A DNA stretch of 64,000 bases. It comes from an uncultured delta proteobacterium. GTDB taxonomy: Bacteria > Desulfobacterota > Desulfobacteria > Desulfobacterales > Desulfosalsimonadaceae. The DNA is taken from positions 224,001-288,000 of the forward strand of contig CAWGYD010000003.1 in assembly GCA_963826785.1 (NCBI GenBank). The letters are read 5' to 3'. The notes below the pieces were generated by a model. The model searched no databases. It was not told the origin of the DNA and saw only the letters and a program-made list of their open reading frames with translations. Of this stretch, positions 62,655-64,000 are shown in pieces; positions within the stretch are counted from its first letter, which is position 1, and each line of letters opens with the position of its first letter. Both the position numbers and the translations under genes were made by a program.

Positions 62655-62757
62655 ACATGAAATGGCCAAACCGGTCGTAAGGCCGGACGGAAAGCCACGG
62701 ATCTCGTCTTCACGTGTGGAATTTTTCAATCCCGTGGGAGAAAGCCGGGTTGCACTC
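62655..62757 (+). ncRNA. GEMM-I (c-di-GMP-I) riboswitch, G20 type
   Basis: GGCCAAACCGGTC-GTAA-GGCCGGACGGAAAGCCACGGATCTC...GAGAAAGCCGGGTTGC; the position-20 equivalent (62665) is G. Confidence 0.88.
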
Positions 62758-62781
62758 TGTATGCGCAGCCCGGCTTTTTTT
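62744..62781 (+). terminator. Riboswitch expression-platform terminator
   Basis: GCCGGGTTGC...GCAGCCCGGC-T7; the left arm is the aptamer's 3' strand. Confidence 0.85.
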
Positions 62782-62838
62782 GCAGGCACGGCAAGCAATC
62801 CATTTAACGCATCACAATGATTAAAAAAGGAGGCAGTC

Positions 62839-63402
62839 ATGTTGCGAAAACTGATGTTGGCAGTGGTTTCTCTACTCTTGATGGTGCCCGCGGCGGTCGC
62901 GGAAAATATCTCCGGCGCGGAAATGCCGGATTTGATCCAGGCCGGCAACCAGGCCCTGCAGCTCAACGGCGCCGGGATGAGAACCAAGTTCTTTTTCAAG
63001 GTATATGCCGGCGGACTGTACCTGCAACAGGCCGGGCAGAGCGATTCGGCTGCAATCCTTTCCACGGATCAACCCATGGCCATACGGATGGTCTGGATGC
63101 GCGACGTGCCGGGGGATAAACTGATCGACGGTTGGAACAGCGGTTTTGCCCATTCCACCCAGGGCGCTGCCCAGTTCCTGCAGGGGGACATCGATAAATT
63201 CAATGCGGTTTTCAAGAACGGGGCAAAGAAAAACGAGGTGCATGATATCGTCTATGAGCCGGAAACCGGCATTACCATCTACAAAGACAGCCAGATGGTG
63301 GAACAGATCCCGGACAAGAATTTTAAAAATGCGGTGTTCGGCATCTGGCTGGGCGACAAAACCGAAGTTCCGGATCTCAGGGATAAGATGCTCGGAAAGT
63401 AG
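62839..63402 (+). CDS. Exported chalcone-isomerase-like fold protein
   Basis: Signal peptide, LNGAGMRTKFFFKVYAGGLYL and IWLG; AGGAGG RBS. Confidence 0.88.
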   Translation: MLRKLMLAVVSLLLMVPAAVAENISGAEMPDLIQAGNQALQLNGAGMRTKFFFKVYAGGLYLQQAGQSDSAAILSTDQPMAIRMVWMRDVPGDKLIDGWNSGFAHSTQGAAQFLQGDIDKFNAVFKNGAKKNEVHDIVYEPETGITIYKDSQMVEQIPDKNFKNAVFGIWLGDKTEVPDLRDKMLGK

Positions 63403-63550
63403 ATTAAAAAAAATCCAAATCGATCGCCCAAGATGAAATGACCATCTTCTGTTTCTTGGTGGCCTGATGGGTTTGCGGGCAAGATTCTTTCGAAGAATTT
63501 AACTTGGCAAACAGATTAACGGACTTTATTTTCTGGTTATCCGCGAGTCC

Positions 63551-63790
63551 AACACCCCCCTTGGTCCCCCCTCAAGGGGGGAATTAAAAAAGGAGTCCCC
63601 CCTTGGAGGTGCTATTGAGGGAGGAATTAAAGCGGTCCGATACCCTATCAGTACCATACAAGGGGGGAATTTGATCGTAATTTCAAGTCCTAATCCCCCT
63701 TTGAGGGGGGAATTAAAGGGGGGTGTACCGGCGGCGGCCGTTAGGATTTAAAAACGCTTTACTGCAAAAACATCGCGCAGCGGGGTGGGG
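63551..63790 (-). repeat. Dispersed palindromic element, copy C (inverted, extra internal sequence)
   Basis: The reverse complement carries the same leader (TTTTTGCAG..AATCCTAACGGCCG), palindromes and GGGGGGTGTT end. Confidence 0.85.
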
Positions 63791-63947
63791 TCTTTCAAGG
63801 AAAAGAAGTGGCGCCGGATACAGGTGATCGGCAGATATTGGAATCGAGCAAAATCAGCCGATCACCTGCCCGGCGGCTCAACTAAAGCATCCATAGCGGA
63901 CCAGCGCCTGTCCCATCGGGTTTGCCCGGCCGCGGTCAAACAGCGTT

Positions 63948-64000
63948 TCAGCTGCTGTGGCGGATGGCATCGATGAGCTGATCCTTGTTCATGGTCGTCC
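63948..64000 (-). CDS. 3' end of a gene with a Rho_N-like helical motif (truncated by the window edge)
   Basis: ...TTMNKDQLIDAIRHSS* resembles the 'M.K..LI.A.R' Rho_N pattern; only about 16 codons are visible. Confidence 0.45.
   Translation of the reverse strand, partial: TTMNKDQLIDAIRHSS

Noticed and set aside
63785..63976. 63-aa + strand ORF
   Set aside because: It starts inside repeat copy C, has no motif, and overlaps a more plausible minus-strand gene end.

Overview
Chromosomal window from a GC-rich anaerobic bacterium. Gene content suggests Desulfobacterota/Desulfobacterales; this is an inference, and no marker gene is present. Most of the window is housekeeping and metabolic genes: maeB, NuoE/NuoF-like diaphorase, ppiB, tex, sahR-ahcY, alkB, an acyl-CoA ligase, an acyl-CoA dehydrogenase, abfD, pyk, ligC and uvsE. 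There are two defence regions. At 1-2.8 kb is a Zn-ribbon DNA methylase plus a PD-(D/E)xK nuclease. At about 42.6-51.6 kb is an island with DUF488, a convergent 'VKTYP...VCTAG' partner, a heavily frameshifted type III R-M pair and HEPN/MNT. The ORF track misses several features: (1) two GEMM-I cyclic-dinucleotide riboswitches, one an A20 (cGAMP-type) copy with its own promoter, no downstream gene, and pointing antisense into maeB; (2) an OsmC-like selenoprotein split at an in-frame TGA with a SECIS-like hairpin; (3) three copies of a modular palindromic dispersed repeat; (4) a hybrid sensor-kinase pseudogene with two internal deletions. Many single-base frameshifts in homopolymers are probably long-read assembly errors. 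I recognised no rRNA, tRNA or CRISPR array.
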